A stretch of 64,000 nt of DNA. Source: Candidatus Magasanikiibacteriota bacterium (GTDB lineage: Bacteria; Patescibacteriota; Patescibacteriia; Magasanikbacterales; UBA922). Within the stretch, counting starts at the first letter, position 1, and each line of letters opens with the position of its first letter. Shown here in pieces: positions 54,028 through 64,000 of this stretch. The notes under the pieces are model-generated. The model was not told where the DNA came from, made no database searches, and was given only the letters and a program-made list of their open reading frames with translations. Position numbers and translations under genes: made by a program. Location of the stretch: positions 65,697-129,696 of the forward strand of contig JBAQFA010000051.1 of assembly GCA_049287025.1 (NCBI GenBank). The letters are read 5' to 3'.

Positions 54028-57000
54028 ATGAAAGGTTTAAAAAGCAAAATTTTATTTAGTTTCTTAATTGCAGTTTTTTTAATTGGAGGCTTTTTGTGTG
54101 TTTCTAATTTTGCTTTGGCTCAAACAGATACTTTGGGTTTAAACTCAGTTGGCGATAATATTGCCTTAGCTGGGACTGATATTAGAGTAATTGTTGTTAA
54201 AATAATCCGAGCTCTTTTGGGGTTATTGGGGATCATTGCTTTGGTAATAGTTTTGTATGGTGGCTACGTATATATGACTTCGGGCGGTAATGAAGAAGAA
54301 ATTGGTAAAGCAAAAAAGATTTTGATAAACGGTGTAATTGGATTAATAATTATTTTCTCGGCTTTTGCGATTGTCCAATTTGTTTTGAACAAATTGGCCG
54401 ATGCTACTGGTCTTAATGATAATAATATATCCAAACTTTGTTCTGATCCAAATTATGCTGTATTACATCATGACCAATGTTATCCAGATAATTGGTGTCA
54501 AGATCTAACTGATTGTTGTGAAAAAAATAGTTTTGTTGTAAAGAGTATTACCCCAAACACTGATTCCACTAATATGAATAATGTGTTGGTTAGAGTAGTG
54601 TTTAGTGGTCGTATTCAGTATAATTCTGGTGATGTAAAAATTTATAAAAGTGGTAAAGACATTTCTACTGATTTTGAGTTTAGTGTGGTAGGTTCTAGTA
54701 GTAAAGACGAAAATTCAGTGATTGAGGCTAGATATAATGGTCAAGAAGTCTGTGATGAAGGTGGAAAATGTCTGCCGTCTGGTGAATATAAGGTAGTTGT
54801 TAGCCCTGACATAAAGGATCTGTCAGGTAGACAAATAACCAAAGATACGGCTTGTGGCACCTATTTCTTAGAAGCCAGTTTCCAAGTTAATACAGGGGAG
54901 TTTGCTGGTTATTATCATTTAGATGGTACAACTAGTAGTTTGTATATTACACCGAATACAGTTCATCCTTTGTTAAATGACAAAGTGACAGTGGGGGTAT
55001 GGGTAAAAGTAAATGGTCCAGCTATAGATAGTTGGGTAGATGCTACGAGTGGTAAGACTGTAACATCTACAGCGGGTTGGGTTATATCCAGCGAAGGTTT
55101 TGGAGTAGAGTTGATGGCCAATCTTAATGCTAGTAATACTGTCAATATAGCTGGTGGAATTATGGATGCAATTGATCCAATAGTTTCGAATGGAAAAGGT
55201 GGATACTCGTCTCATCCCAGAACTAATACTACAGTGGTGACAGATAAAAAGGTAAATGAGTGGTTTTATGTGTCAATGACTTATGATGGTAGTATTATAA
55301 AATTATATATTAATGGTGAATTTAAAAAATCAGTTGTTCAGACCGGTCCGATAAAACAATCTAAAACAAGATTTAGTATTGGGTCTTTGGATAATTTACG
55401 TTATAATTTTAATGGTGACGTGGATGAAGTTCATGTTTATAATAAAGTTTTAACGCCTCAACAGATAACACAAAATTATAGTGGCGGTCTTGGTCGGTTG
55501 GATCATTTTAGTTTAGTTCAAGACGGTATTATCCTAAATTTACATTTTGACAAGACTGATGATTTGACAGATTATTCTACCTATAAACATGTAGTGAAAA
55601 ATAATAATGCAATTTGGGTAAATGCTACTACTGAACCAGGTGTTGATAAAGGAATAAAAAAAGATATAACGCCACCTAATTTAGAAAATATTATTATTGA
55701 TGGTAAAGTGTCTAGTAATGGTCAATTGTATCGAGGTCGAACTTATAGTTTTAAAACTAGACTATCTGACAACAGTGGGGCGGGTTTGGTGCGTTTTTCA
55801 TTAGACAAAATAAAGTCTGGTGATGTTTTGGAACGAAATTTAAATTCTTATGGTGGACCTAGAATAAATAGGGTAGGTGGTTCTGATGCTCCACCGAGTA
55901 ATAAATATGATTATCACTATGCACTATATTTACCTTTGGTTTCCACGGCTCTACAAGATTACCAAGTGACTTTGGAAGGTTGGGATATTGATAGTAATAG
56001 TACGATTGTGACTACTACGTTTAGAGTAATTGGTGAACATTGTGACAATGAAGTGCAAGATGGTGATGAAACAGGTGTGGATGTGGGTGGTTCTTGCGGT
56101 CCAGGTAGAGATGGTGCTTGTAAAAATGATATTGACTGTGCTCCAAATTATAAGTGTGTAAATAATTTTTGTGTACCTAGTCCATTGATTACTGATGTTT
56201 TGCCAATGCGAGGTGCAGGTGGTAATTGGGTCACAATTCTTGGTAAAAATTTTGGTGATAGTGGAAAAGTGTATTTTGGAGCAGACACAGTTGGTAATGC
56301 TCAATATAATGGTCCATGGAATTGGTCTGAAGTTAGTCTGGTTGATTGTGGTGGTTATGATACTTGGCATAATAGTTGGATAATTTTTGAAGTACCAGAA
56401 GGAGTAATAAATGATTTGTATAATATTAAAGTAGAGAGGGCTGATAATGGTTTATCTGATACTACTAGGGATAATATTGGCCCAAGACCAAATGAAATTG
56501 GTTTGTTTGTAAAAAATGATACTAAGAGTCCAGGGTTGTGCCAAGTTGGAGTAGACATAAATGATAATGATATCCCATATGGAGCAGTTGTGGCCACAAG
56601 AAATACCCCAATATTTTTGGTTGGTAAGTCATTTGGTGATACTACCAAATCTGGTAGAGCGGTAATGTTTGGTGGTTCTTATGATGCTCTCCAAGGGAAA
56701 TTAACTGGGGGACTTCAAGCTCTGATACAGACCAATGGTTGGAATGATGCTCGGATTAATTCTTTTGTTCCTAGGAATTCTCAATATGGTAAACAGTCAG
56801 TTTATGTGACAGTTGATGGTCAGGCTAGCAATGGTTTACCATTTACAGTGGTAGATAAAGATGGTTTGTCTGAGCATACCCCAGTGATTGAAGAGATTAG
56901 TCCAACCTCCACTACGCCTGGCAGTTTAATAACTATTTTTGGTAAAAATTTTGGTGACATGCCAGGTAATATTTTTGTGGCCAAAACTAAAGCTGATGCT

Positions 57001-60000
57001 TTGAGTTGTAATGTGGATTCACCCCAAAATAAATGTATAAGGCTTTACAATCAAAATGACACTGAATTTCCAGAAAAATGTGATAATACCTGGAGTGATG
57101 ATCAGGTAGTGGCTAAGGTACCGGGTGGTTCTTGGCTTGATAGGCCTATAGTAGCCCCAGAATCTGGTTATCAGGTAACAACTAGCACTAACAATAGAAT
57201 ATTTAATATAAATTCTTTGCCAGCGGATGAAAGTGTTTTGAAATCGGCTTTAGATTTTTCTTCGCCATTTACTTTGGAAATAAAATTTAAATTGGACAAA
57301 TTACCAGCATACCATCAAACAATAGTAGATTCGAGTGATTGGCCTTATCCACATTTGAGATTTGATGGGGTAGATGATTATGTAGAAGCACCAGGGTTAG
57401 ATTTGACTGGTAAGTCTTTTACTGTGGAATTTTTTGCTAAACGTGGTGCTATAAATAGTGGTGACGATTTTATTATCGGTCAGGGGATTAGTGAAAGTTA
57501 TAAAGGATTACAAATTGGTTTTAGACCAAATAATAAATTTACCTTTTCGTTTTGGTATTCAGACGTTGATACTCCTGCTTACACTGATTTGGATTGGCAT
57601 CATTGGGCGGTTACTTATGATAAAGATATACACAAAAAAAAGATTTATAGAGATGGGATATTAATTTTGGAAAATATAAATCCTAACGGCTATATTTACA
57701 CCGCTGGTAGTAAATTAAATATTGGTGGGTGGGTAGATGATGTCTACGGTAATCGTTGGTTCAAAGGTGGTTTAGATGAATTGAGAATATTAGACAGAGT
57801 TTTGTCTCAGCAAGAAATCAGTGAGGATGCTGCCAAAATAAATACTGGTGATAGTTATGTTTTTAGAAATAATGTTTTGCTCTGGTATCACTTTGATGAT
57901 AGTAGTGAACTAGTTGTTGAAGATAAATCTACTTATGGTAATAATGGTACTCTAAAAAATGGCGTTGTTCGTGCCGGTTGGGGAAGTGGTGGCTCGAGAG
58001 GCATATATGAAGGTATCGTCGGTAGAGCGGGAAATTATGGATTTATATTTCCTTTTGTTGATGATAAACCAGTTTTTTGTTTTGCCTTGCCAACTGTTGG
58101 TGTTGAAAATGTGGAACCAATATGTAGTATCCAAACAGTTAGAGTTGGAGAAACTTACCATTATGTTATTACTTGGGATAAAGATAGGGGGGCAATAAGA
58201 TTGACTGATTCTGGTGGTCATAGTGAAACAGCTTTTGCAACTGGTTTAGATTTGAGTCAAGATCAATTTTTGATTGGTAAATTTGTGACTGATAACAGTG
58301 AAGCAACGATTGAATATTCGTTGAATAGGTTAAATATTTTGCCTGGTTCAGCTTTGTTTGATAATGATGTAACCAGCCTTTTTAATAATAATAATCGTCC
58401 TGGTTGGTCAAATTTAATGACTAAGTCTGGAATTATTTCCACCGACTTAACCGGTGGTGAAATTACCCCAACAAATGGCCTAACTGCTGGTAAATTTTAT
58501 ACAGTTTTAAGACGTTATGATGGTCTAAGTAGTTTAGGTGATGATAATTTTGATATAACAGATGGTCCAACCAAGCCTGGTTTGTGCAAGTTGACGCCAA
58601 ATAGTGGGTTGTCTCCATTACCATCAGGTCAATATTTAACTTTGAATGGTGAGGGTCTTAGTTCCAACGTTGATCCAGTTGTTTATTTTTGGCAAGTAGG
58701 CTCTGTGGCGGGTAACTATAGTACCTGGCTTGGATCTAATAGAGATTTGTATAATGGTGCGCCAGTTTTACACAGAACCTCAACTAACGAGATTGAGACT
58801 GCTATCCCGGTGTCTTCTCTTGGTAATAGTTTGTCAAATCCAGGGGACATAAAAGTTGTTGTAAATGGTCAAGATACTAATTCTCTACGTTATCAATTAA
58901 GTGATTGTACCCAAGCGAGTGAAGTTGAAGCTAATGTTATGTCAAGTTCAAGTTATCATTGCTGTTCTACTCCTGACTCAAGAGATTATGGTTTGTGGAA
59001 AAATACAGTTTGTGATGGTGACACTGTTAGTGCTGGTTATGTGTGGCGTTTTACCAATGGTAGAATAATTACCGCCCCATTTGTTTTGGAACGTTGTGAT
59101 GCTGTTTCTATACCTTCGCCCTCACCTAGTTTGATAAATACAGAAGACGCGAGAAATGCTTGTCCAAATGCTATTATAACAACGGTATTTTCTAGACCCA
59201 TGAATAGTTCAACCTTGGTTGCGAGTAATGTGAAAGTTTATACTTGTGGTAGCACGGAGTTTGGTAGTATTGATTGTGATACAAATAAAGTTGATGTCAC
59301 AAGTAATTATGCTTTTGTTGTAGAAGGAGAGAGTGTTTTAAAATTAAATCCACCTGCGTCAGGTCATACCACCAATACTTGGCATCGAGTGGAATTATCT
59401 AGTAATATTGAATCAATTGAAGAAATTGATGAATTTGACAGTCAGAGATTGGTTGGTCAAAAATTAAAAGCCACCAGACCTTTATCACGGACTAATATTG
59501 CTTATCACTTTGATTTTAGAACCGGGGCAACCAATTGTAAATTAGTCGGAGCAAATATTGAACCAAATCTTTACTCAGTAGATTATCTTGGTAAACTCCA
59601 GGATCGTCGTTATCTTTTTGACAAGAGCACTAATGCTCTGTATCATCCGGCCAATCCTTTATATTTATTTATCAATGGTCGAGCAGATCAGGAATGTACA
59701 AATATTAGTGCCGAAGGTTATCCTTGGCAGTGGAATCCACGTTATCCAAATTATAATAGTGATACACCACCGGCTACTATACCCACTGATGTAGCTACAG
59801 CAACTGTACAGTTAGCACCGTCTTCTGGTACTTCAACACCTATTTATACCAATACCAGAGCTACAGCCATTGGTTGGCATGAGGGGTTGGGTAATTTATC
59901 AGTTAGTACAATTGTTTCTTCTTCTGTAGCTGGTGATTCTGATAAAGTAATAACAGCTACTTCGGCTATATCAATTATTTTAGGTCCACCACGGGTGACA

Positions 60001-63000
60001 TATTATGAACCAAATTGTTCCGAAGCTTGTATTAATGGCAGCCTTAGAATTGGTTTTAGTCGACAAATGAAAGTGGATACTTATAATGATAGTAATGGTA
60101 TAAAAATGTACAAGTGCGCTAATGCTAATTGTTTATCAGATCAACTAACGGCAGTAGATAGTAGATATTATGAGGTTGATTCCGATGCTTCTACTAATTG
60201 GGAAATGATTGTACAGATGGTAAGTTCCTCACATTATTTAGAGCCAGATACAAATTATAAAGTTGTTTTAAATGGTTATTATAATTCTGGTGTTTATGTT
60301 AGTAGCACTGCAATACAGGGTCTGACTGAGTTATCTGGTATTATTTCTGATAACACCATTAGTCTAATACCGTTTCAGTGGCAATTTAAGACTGAAGCCG
60401 GTGGCGTGGTTTGTAAGGTAAATAGAATTGAGACTGAACCTGTAAATATTTATCATAATTATATTGGACAAAAATCACTAGTAGTAGCCAATCCCTATAG
60501 TAGCCCAAATGAGTGTAGCGCGACTGGACAACTTCTAAATCGTTGGGATTATGGTTATACTTGGAGTTCAGCTAACGGTTCAATCGCTTCGGTGTCTAAT
60601 TTTAATTATAAAGCTTCTTGGCCAGATTTTTGTGCAATGGATTGCTTACCAAAGGGGAGTGATATCTCTTCTAGTACTAATAATATTGGTTTGTCAGTCT
60701 GTGGTAATGGTACAGTTGATTTGGGAGAAGATTGTGATATTGCGCGTGCCGGTGAGGTCATTGGTGTGTCTTGTAGTTTAAGTTGTTTGCGTCCAGGAAA
60801 TAATGTTACAACTGGTACCTCTGGTTTTGTTTGTGGTGATGGCATTGTTAGTTCAACATTGGGAGAACAATGTGAACCGTCTGTTGAGGGTACAGATGTT
60901 TGCTCAAGTAAATGTTTGTTAACTGGTTCTAAACCACAGACTAATGTAGTGGTTTCCGGCGCCTCTATTTGTGGTAATAATAAATTAGAAAAAGGCGAAG
61001 CCTGTGATCCAGAAATTGGTGTTAGTGGTTGTACCAATAATTGTTTGCACACTGGAGCGCAGTTAGCATCTTATTGGTGTGATAGTGATCCAGCCTCGGC
61101 TTTTGCTACTTCTACAATATGTCTTAATGCTCCTAGTGTTTGTGGTAATAATAAAATAGAAAAGGGTGAAGAATGTGAAGTCAATTTGGATAGTACTTCT
61201 TATTTAAGAGTTTTAAATCAAGATAATTATAATGCTGTAAATGGTAGTTCTGGTTTACTTGTAACTAGTGGCACGCCCGCTTATTATTGTTCAGATTCTT
61301 GTTTACTAAAGAATTTGTGTGGCGCGACTTTTATACCAGATAGTTATGGTCATAAATGTAATGCCAGTAGTGATTATTGTAATAATGATTGTACCTTAGC
61401 AGGTTCATCGCCTGTGTATGCGACTTCATCTTTTTGTGGTAATGGTGTAGTTGAAAATGGTGAATCTAATATTTGTGAGGTGACTTCCACTATAGCTGAT
61501 ACTGTCCCTGGTACCAACCCTACCCAAATGGTGACAGCCATTGGTAGTCTGATGACATCTAGTTCCACCCAGGAGACTGATATTCGGGCAAATTTATTTC
61601 AAGATAGTACGATTTTAGGTTCATCCAATTATTATTTGATGTGTGGTTATAATGAGTTTGAAAATCCTGAATCTGATGTATATAATAATTGCCCATCAAA
61701 TGCTAATAATGGCTATGGTGTAGGAACCAATTCTTGTTGTTATGCTAGACCTCTGCGTAAAACTGGTTCAGAATATCCTTTGGATTCAGCTGGTCTGTCT
61801 GGTCCTGGTGTTTGTCGTAATACTTATATAGCGGTTGAGTTTGATGGTTATTTGGATGAAAAGACAGTTAATAAAGATACGGTATTTTTGGCGACTGGTA
61901 TAAATACTAATACTAGTACATACAATTGCTGGTCTGGAAGTAATAATGTGACTGATAAAGTAATTTCTGCTTTAGATTATGTACCAAATTATCTGGTTTT
62001 AGGAGACGGTAGTTTTATAAATAAAAGTTTGGCTTTTATAAAGAACATTTTTGTAAAAATTACAAGATTTTTTGTTGAATTAGTTTATGCATATAGTCCT
62101 GTGGTAACAGATTATGATACTTGGTGCTCACCAAATTTGGTAAAGGATGTTCAGGTAAGTTATAGAGTGGATGCGTCATCTACTACCCATAGTATTATTA
62201 CAAAGTTAGATATACAGTTAAATGCTGTTTTGGAAGCGGAAAAAACTTATGCTGTGGTACTGGTGGGTGGAAAAAGTGGTATAAAAGATAAGTATGGTGT
62301 TGGTATTAAAAACCAGAGAACAGACAGTAATGCTTTAAATGATGGTTGGGTGTTCAAGACCAGAGCTGATATTTGCACATTGAGTCAAGTGGATGTAAGA
62401 CCCGACAATCATCTGTTTACAAGACCATTAACAACCACAACCTTTGAAATTTTTGGTATTAGCCAGTCAGCTAATAATCAATTATTACAACCAATTGCCA
62501 ATGTGTATGATTGGAATTGGATTTGGTCGCCGACTACAACTCAATTATTCGATATACCAGTCGCTGGTACTAGCTGGGATAGTAATAATATTATTATTGG
62601 CTCTACCGAATTAGAAGGGGATTTAATGGCTGTTGGTAAAGCAGAAATTGTTAGCTCGACTGATGCAAAAGAGGTTGGGAAAGTTTTGGCAGATACTTTT
62701 GATTTGACAGCGAATTTTTGTGAAAGACCATGGCCAGATTTTAATGATGATGGTACTTGGGAACCATTTAAAGACACTGTTTATAATTTTAGCTTGAGCT
62801 ATTGTGCAGATAAGGGGGCTTCTGGGGATACGAGTGATGATTTACCATTTTTGACTAATTCAGTATTTGTCACCAGTAGCGATCCAGCCAATTTGAGTTT
62901 TGCTGCGTCCACTGGTACTTTGAAAAGGTTTTTCTTATTTAATGATAAAAATGATGATGTAATTGGGATTCAAATTTTTAGCAATGAAGATGGATTGGAT

Positions 63001-64000
63001 GTTGATAAATGGTACAAAGCTCAGCCGTTTGCTGGTCAAAAAACTTTGACAACTGGTAGAGTGGCTAATTACCCAGCTTTGGTAGATGAAAATAATTATT
63101 ATGTAAATGTTTTGAATATTGATGAAGCTACTAATATTACCTATAGCAATATTTATTTGTTCAGTCTTAATAAAGGAGCGCAAAAAAATACTAGAACAGT
63201 TTTTGAAAAATTAGTCCTGGACTCACTCAAGTTTAATATAAACCTAACTGATTTTGGTTATTGTTTGCGTTCCAGTGCTGATCTTTATGTTTCACCTTAT
63301 AATTATATAGAAAAAGAATGTGATACAGATTTTGATTGTCGTGATAGTTTTGGTGTGCCTCTCACCAACGCCAATGGAACTTGTTCCAATGTTAAAACCA
63401 AAATATTTAGAGATTTGGATAGACTAAATGATATAAAAGAAATTCAAGGTATTTTTGATAAGTTTAAAGCTGGTTCAACAATGTACCCTGATCTAAAAGG
63501 TGGTACTTATATCCCAGGCTATACCAATTCCAAATGGTCTTCTTGGGGATTATTGGCAAGTAAAATAAACAGTGGCTTACCATCAGACCCCTTAAACACC
63601 TGGGTAGGTTGTGATAGTAATGCCGAACAGGGTACCTGCTGGAATGCAGTTAGTTCAACTTTTTATTGTCCGCATTTTGCCAGCATCTATGAATACAAAG
63701 TAGCCACTTCTACCAATACTTTTTTGTTCCATGTACCATTAGAATATTTCAAACCTTGGTATGGGGTGTCTAGCCACTATGTTTCACCGACTGGTAGTTA
63801 TTCATTTGACAGACTGTGTGAACCTGATTTTTCTTATAGTCCATTTGGAGCCTCTTGTGGTGATGGAGTGGTAAATAGTAATGAAGAATGTGATCCACCC
63901 GGTTCAATGCGAGTAATCGCTAGTACTACCCAGGGTTTTGTGGCGACTTCTACTTGTAGTGATACTTGTATGTGGAGTGATAATAATTTTTATGAAACAA
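54028..64000 (+). CDS. Giant surface protein (>3300 aa, 3' end beyond window): double-TM pilin-like N-terminal module, LamG/ConA-like lectin domains, IPT/TIG domains, Cys-rich CGNGxxExGExCD repeats
   Basis: ATG at 54028, frame 1. The ORF track lists no frame-1 plus-strand ORF anywhere in 54028-64000, and codons read sensibly at 56191, 58561, 63301 and 63991. N-terminus 'IRVIVVKIIRALLGLLGIIALVIVLYGGYVYMTSGGNEEEIGKAKKILINGVIGLIIIFSAFAIVQF'. LamG-like 'EWFYVSMTYDGSIIKLYINGEF' and 'HHWAVTYDKD...IYRDGIL'. IPT-like 'ITDVLPMRGAGGNWVTILGKNFGD' and 'IEEISPTSTTPGSLITIFGKNFGD'. Cys repeats 'CGNGTVDLGEDCD', 'CGDGIVSSTLGEQCE', 'CGNNKLEKGEACD'. Confidence 0.7.
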   Translation, partial: MKGLKSKILFSFLIAVFLIGGFLCVSNFALAQTDTLGLNSVGDNIALAGTDIRVIVVKIIRALLGLLGIIALVIVLYGGYVYMTSGGNEEEIGKAKKILINGVIGLIIIFSAFAIVQFVLNKLADATGLNDNNISKLCSDPNYAVLHHDQCYPDNWCQDLTDCCEKNSFVVKSITPNTDSTNMNNVLVRVVFSGRIQYNSGDVKIYKSGKDISTDFEFSVVGSSSKDENSVIEARYNGQEVCDEGGKCLPSGEYKVVVSPDIKDLSGRQITKDTACGTYFLEASFQVNTGEFAGYYHLDGTTSSLYITPNTVHPLLNDKVTVGVWVKVNGPAIDSWVDATSGKTVTSTAGWVISSEGFGVELMANLNASNTVNIAGGIMDAIDPIVSNGKGGYSSHPRTNTTVVTDKKVNEWFYVSMTYDGSIIKLYINGEFKKSVVQTGPIKQSKTRFSIGSLDNLRYNFNGDVDEVHVYNKVLTPQQITQNYSGGLGRLDHFSLVQDGIILNLHFDKTDDLTDYSTYKHVVKNNNAIWVNATTEPGVDKGIKKDITPPNLENIIIDGKVSSNGQLYRGRTYSFKTRLSDNSGAGLVRFSLDKIKSGDVLERNLNSYGGPRINRVGGSDAPPSNKYDYHYALYLPLVSTALQDYQVTLEGWDIDSNSTIVTTTFRVIGEHCDNEVQDGDETGVDVGGSCGPGRDGACKNDIDCAPNYKCVNNFCVPSPLITDVLPMRGAGGNWVTILGKNFGDSGKVYFGADTVGNAQYNGPWNWSEVSLVDCGGYDTWHNSWIIFEVPEGVINDLYNIKVERADNGLSDTTRDNIGPRPNEIGLFVKNDTKSPGLCQVGVDINDNDIPYGAVVATRNTPIFLVGKSFGDTTKSGRAVMFGGSYDALQGKLTGGLQALIQTNGWNDARINSFVPRNSQYGKQSVYVTVDGQASNGLPFTVVDKDGLSEHTPVIEEISPTSTTPGSLITIFGKNFGDMPGNIFVAKTKADALSCNVDSPQNKCIRLYNQNDTEFPEKCDNTWSDDQVVAKVPGGSWLDRPIVAPESGYQVTTSTNNRIFNINSLPADESVLKSALDFSSPFTLEIKFKLDKLPAYHQTIVDSSDWPYPHLRFDGVDDYVEAPGLDLTGKSFTVEFFAKRGAINSGDDFIIGQGISESYKGLQIGFRPNNKFTFSFWYSDVDTPAYTDLDWHHWAVTYDKDIHKKKIYRDGILILENINPNGYIYTAGSKLNIGGWVDDVYGNRWFKGGLDELRILDRVLSQQEISEDAAKINTGDSYVFRNNVLLWYHFDDSSELVVEDKSTYGNNGTLKNGVVRAGWGSGGSRGIYEGIVGRAGNYGFIFPFVDDKPVFCFALPTVGVENVEPICSIQTVRVGETYHYVITWDKDRGAIRLTDSGGHSETAFATGLDLSQDQFLIGKFVTDNSEATIEYSLNRLNILPGSALFDNDVTSLFNNNNRPGWSNLMTKSGIISTDLTGGEITPTNGLTAGKFYTVLRRYDGLSSLGDDNFDITDGPTKPGLCKLTPNSGLSPLPSGQYLTLNGEGLSSNVDPVVYFWQVGSVAGNYSTWLGSNRDLYNGAPVLHRTSTNEIETAIPVSSLGNSLSNPGDIKVVVNGQDTNSLRYQLSDCTQASEVEANVMSSSSYHCCSTPDSRDYGLWKNTVCDGDTVSAGYVWRFTNGRIITAPFVLERCDAVSIPSPSPSLINTEDARNACPNAIITTVFSRPMNSSTLVASNVKVYTCGSTEFGSIDCDTNKVDVTSNYAFVVEGESVLKLNPPASGHTTNTWHRVELSSNIESIEEIDEFDSQRLVGQKLKATRPLSRTNIAYHFDFRTGATNCKLVGANIEPNLYSVDYLGKLQDRRYLFDKSTNALYHPANPLYLFINGRADQECTNISAEGYPWQWNPRYPNYNSDTPPATIPTDVATATVQLAPSSGTSTPIYTNTRATAIGWHEGLGNLSVSTIVSSSVAGDSDKVITATSAISIILGPPRVTYYEPNCSEACINGSLRIGFSRQMKVDTYNDSNGIKMYKCANANCLSDQLTAVDSRYYEVDSDASTNWEMIVQMVSSSHYLEPDTNYKVVLNGYYNSGVYVSSTAIQGLTELSGIISDNTISLIPFQWQFKTEAGGVVCKVNRIETEPVNIYHNYIGQKSLVVANPYSSPNECSATGQLLNRWDYGYTWSSANGSIASVSNFNYKASWPDFCAMDCLPKGSDISSSTNNIGLSVCGNGTVDLGEDCDIARAGEVIGVSCSLSCLRPGNNVTTGTSGFVCGDGIVSSTLGEQCEPSVEGTDVCSSKCLLTGSKPQTNVVVSGASICGNNKLEKGEACDPEIGVSGCTNNCLHTGAQLASYWCDSDPASAFATSTICLNAPSVCGNNKIEKGEECEVNLDSTSYLRVLNQDNYNAVNGSSGLLVTSGTPAYYCSDSCLLKNLCGATFIPDSYGHKCNASSDYCNNDCTLAGSSPVYATSSFCGNGVVENGESNICEVTSTIADTVPGTNPTQMVTAIGSLMTSSSTQETDIRANLFQDSTILGSSNYYLMCGYNEFENPESDVYNNCPSNANNGYGVGTNSCCYARPLRKTGSEYPLDSAGLSGPGVCRNTYIAVEFDGYLDEKTVNKDTVFLATGINTNTSTYNCWSGSNNVTDKVISALDYVPNYLVLGDGSFINKSLAFIKNIFVKITRFFVELVYAYSPVVTDYDTWCSPNLVKDVQVSYRVDASSTTHSIITKLDIQLNAVLEAEKTYAVVLVGGKSGIKDKYGVGIKNQRTDSNALNDGWVFKTRADICTLSQVDVRPDNHLFTRPLTTTTFEIFGISQSANNQLLQPIANVYDWNWIWSPTTTQLFDIPVAGTSWDSNNIIIGSTELEGDLMAVGKAEIVSSTDAKEVGKVLADTFDLTANFCERPWPDFNDDGTWEPFKDTVYNFSLSYCADKGASGDTSDDLPFLTNSVFVTSSDPANLSFAASTGTLKRFFLFNDKNDDVIGIQIFSNEDGLDVDKWYKAQPFAGQKTLTTGRVANYPALVDENNYYVNVLNIDEATNITYSNIYLFSLNKGAQKNTRTVFEKLVLDSLKFNINLTDFGYCLRSSADLYVSPYNYIEKECDTDFDCRDSFGVPLTNANGTCSNVKTKIFRDLDRLNDIKEIQGIFDKFKAGSTMYPDLKGGTYIPGYTNSKWSSWGLLASKINSGLPSDPLNTWVGCDSNAEQGTCWNAVSSTFYCPHFASIYEYKVATSTNTFLFHVPLEYFKPWYGVSSHYVSPTGSYSFDRLCEPDFSYSPFGASCGDGVVNSNEECDPPGSMRVIASTTQGFVATSTCSDTCMWSDNNFYET

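Noticed and set aside
54029-64000. Giant ORF starting at 54029 (frame 2)
   Set aside because: Frame 2 contains listed ORFs with stops (e.g. 56195..56383). Recounting places the ATG at 54028 in frame 1. That frame is the one free of stops and reads sensibly throughout.

Overview
This 64 kb window is AT-rich (about 33-35% GC) and is read with standard code 11, since both TAA and TGA terminate genes. It is gene-dense, and the gene content and architecture look like a Candidate Phyla Radiation (Patescibacteria-like) genome. That lineage assignment is inference only.

Supported content, in order along the window:
- A PurD-like ATP-grasp ligase next to a full-length homolog of guanidinoacetate N-methyltransferase (GAMT), then an orphan sensor histidine kinase, a bactofilin and a DAGK-family lipid kinase.
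- tRNA-Leu(GAG) whose terminator hairpin contains the -35 box of a consensus promoter driving a bacterial RNase P RNA (rnpB, 13-bp P1 helix).
- A surface-glycan locus: a polyprenyl-phosphate sugar phosphotransferase, three GT4 glycosyltransferases, a DUF4012-like membrane protein with an N-terminal CCHC zinc knuckle, and a DUF11/CARDB-like repeat protein. A 1150-aa secreted cysteine-rich protein and a minus-strand three-gene operon of unknowns interrupt it.
- Divergent tRNA-Arg(TCG) and tRNA-Lys(CTT), followed by rnc, nusB and rpmF, then a FemAB-family protein.
- Two tandem giant acidic hypothetical proteins (1113 and 1384 aa).
- A PAP2 phosphatase, a sugar-1-P nucleotidyltransferase and MltG.
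- A queuosine-salvage neighbourhood (queA, yhhQ-type transporter, tgt) interleaved with hypotheticals and a thrombospondin type 3 (TSP3) repeat protein.
- A C39-like peptidase, UvrD/PcrA helicase, ndk, a GC-rich zinc-ribbon microprotein, and tRNA-Val(GAC) and tRNA-Ile(GAT), each followed by a partial tRNA-like duplicate.
- lepB, hisS, rpsU and a YqeY-like protein.
- Two adjacent paralogous giant surface proteins sharing an N-terminal double-TM pilin-like module. The second is absent from the ORF track and runs off the window at more than 3300 aa.

The most unusual signals are several families of short palindromic or tandem-repeat elements inserted in frame into at least seven coding genes (GT4 genes, the sugar transferase, the DUF4012-like gene, queA, the FemAB-family gene, tgt and the C39-like peptidase gene), plus intergenic copies with target-site-duplication-like flanks. 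Also notable are a 320-bp GC-rich, heavily structured island of unknown nature, and tRNA 3'-end partial duplications beside a recurrent hairpin, one copy of which carries a UUA anticodon-like loop.
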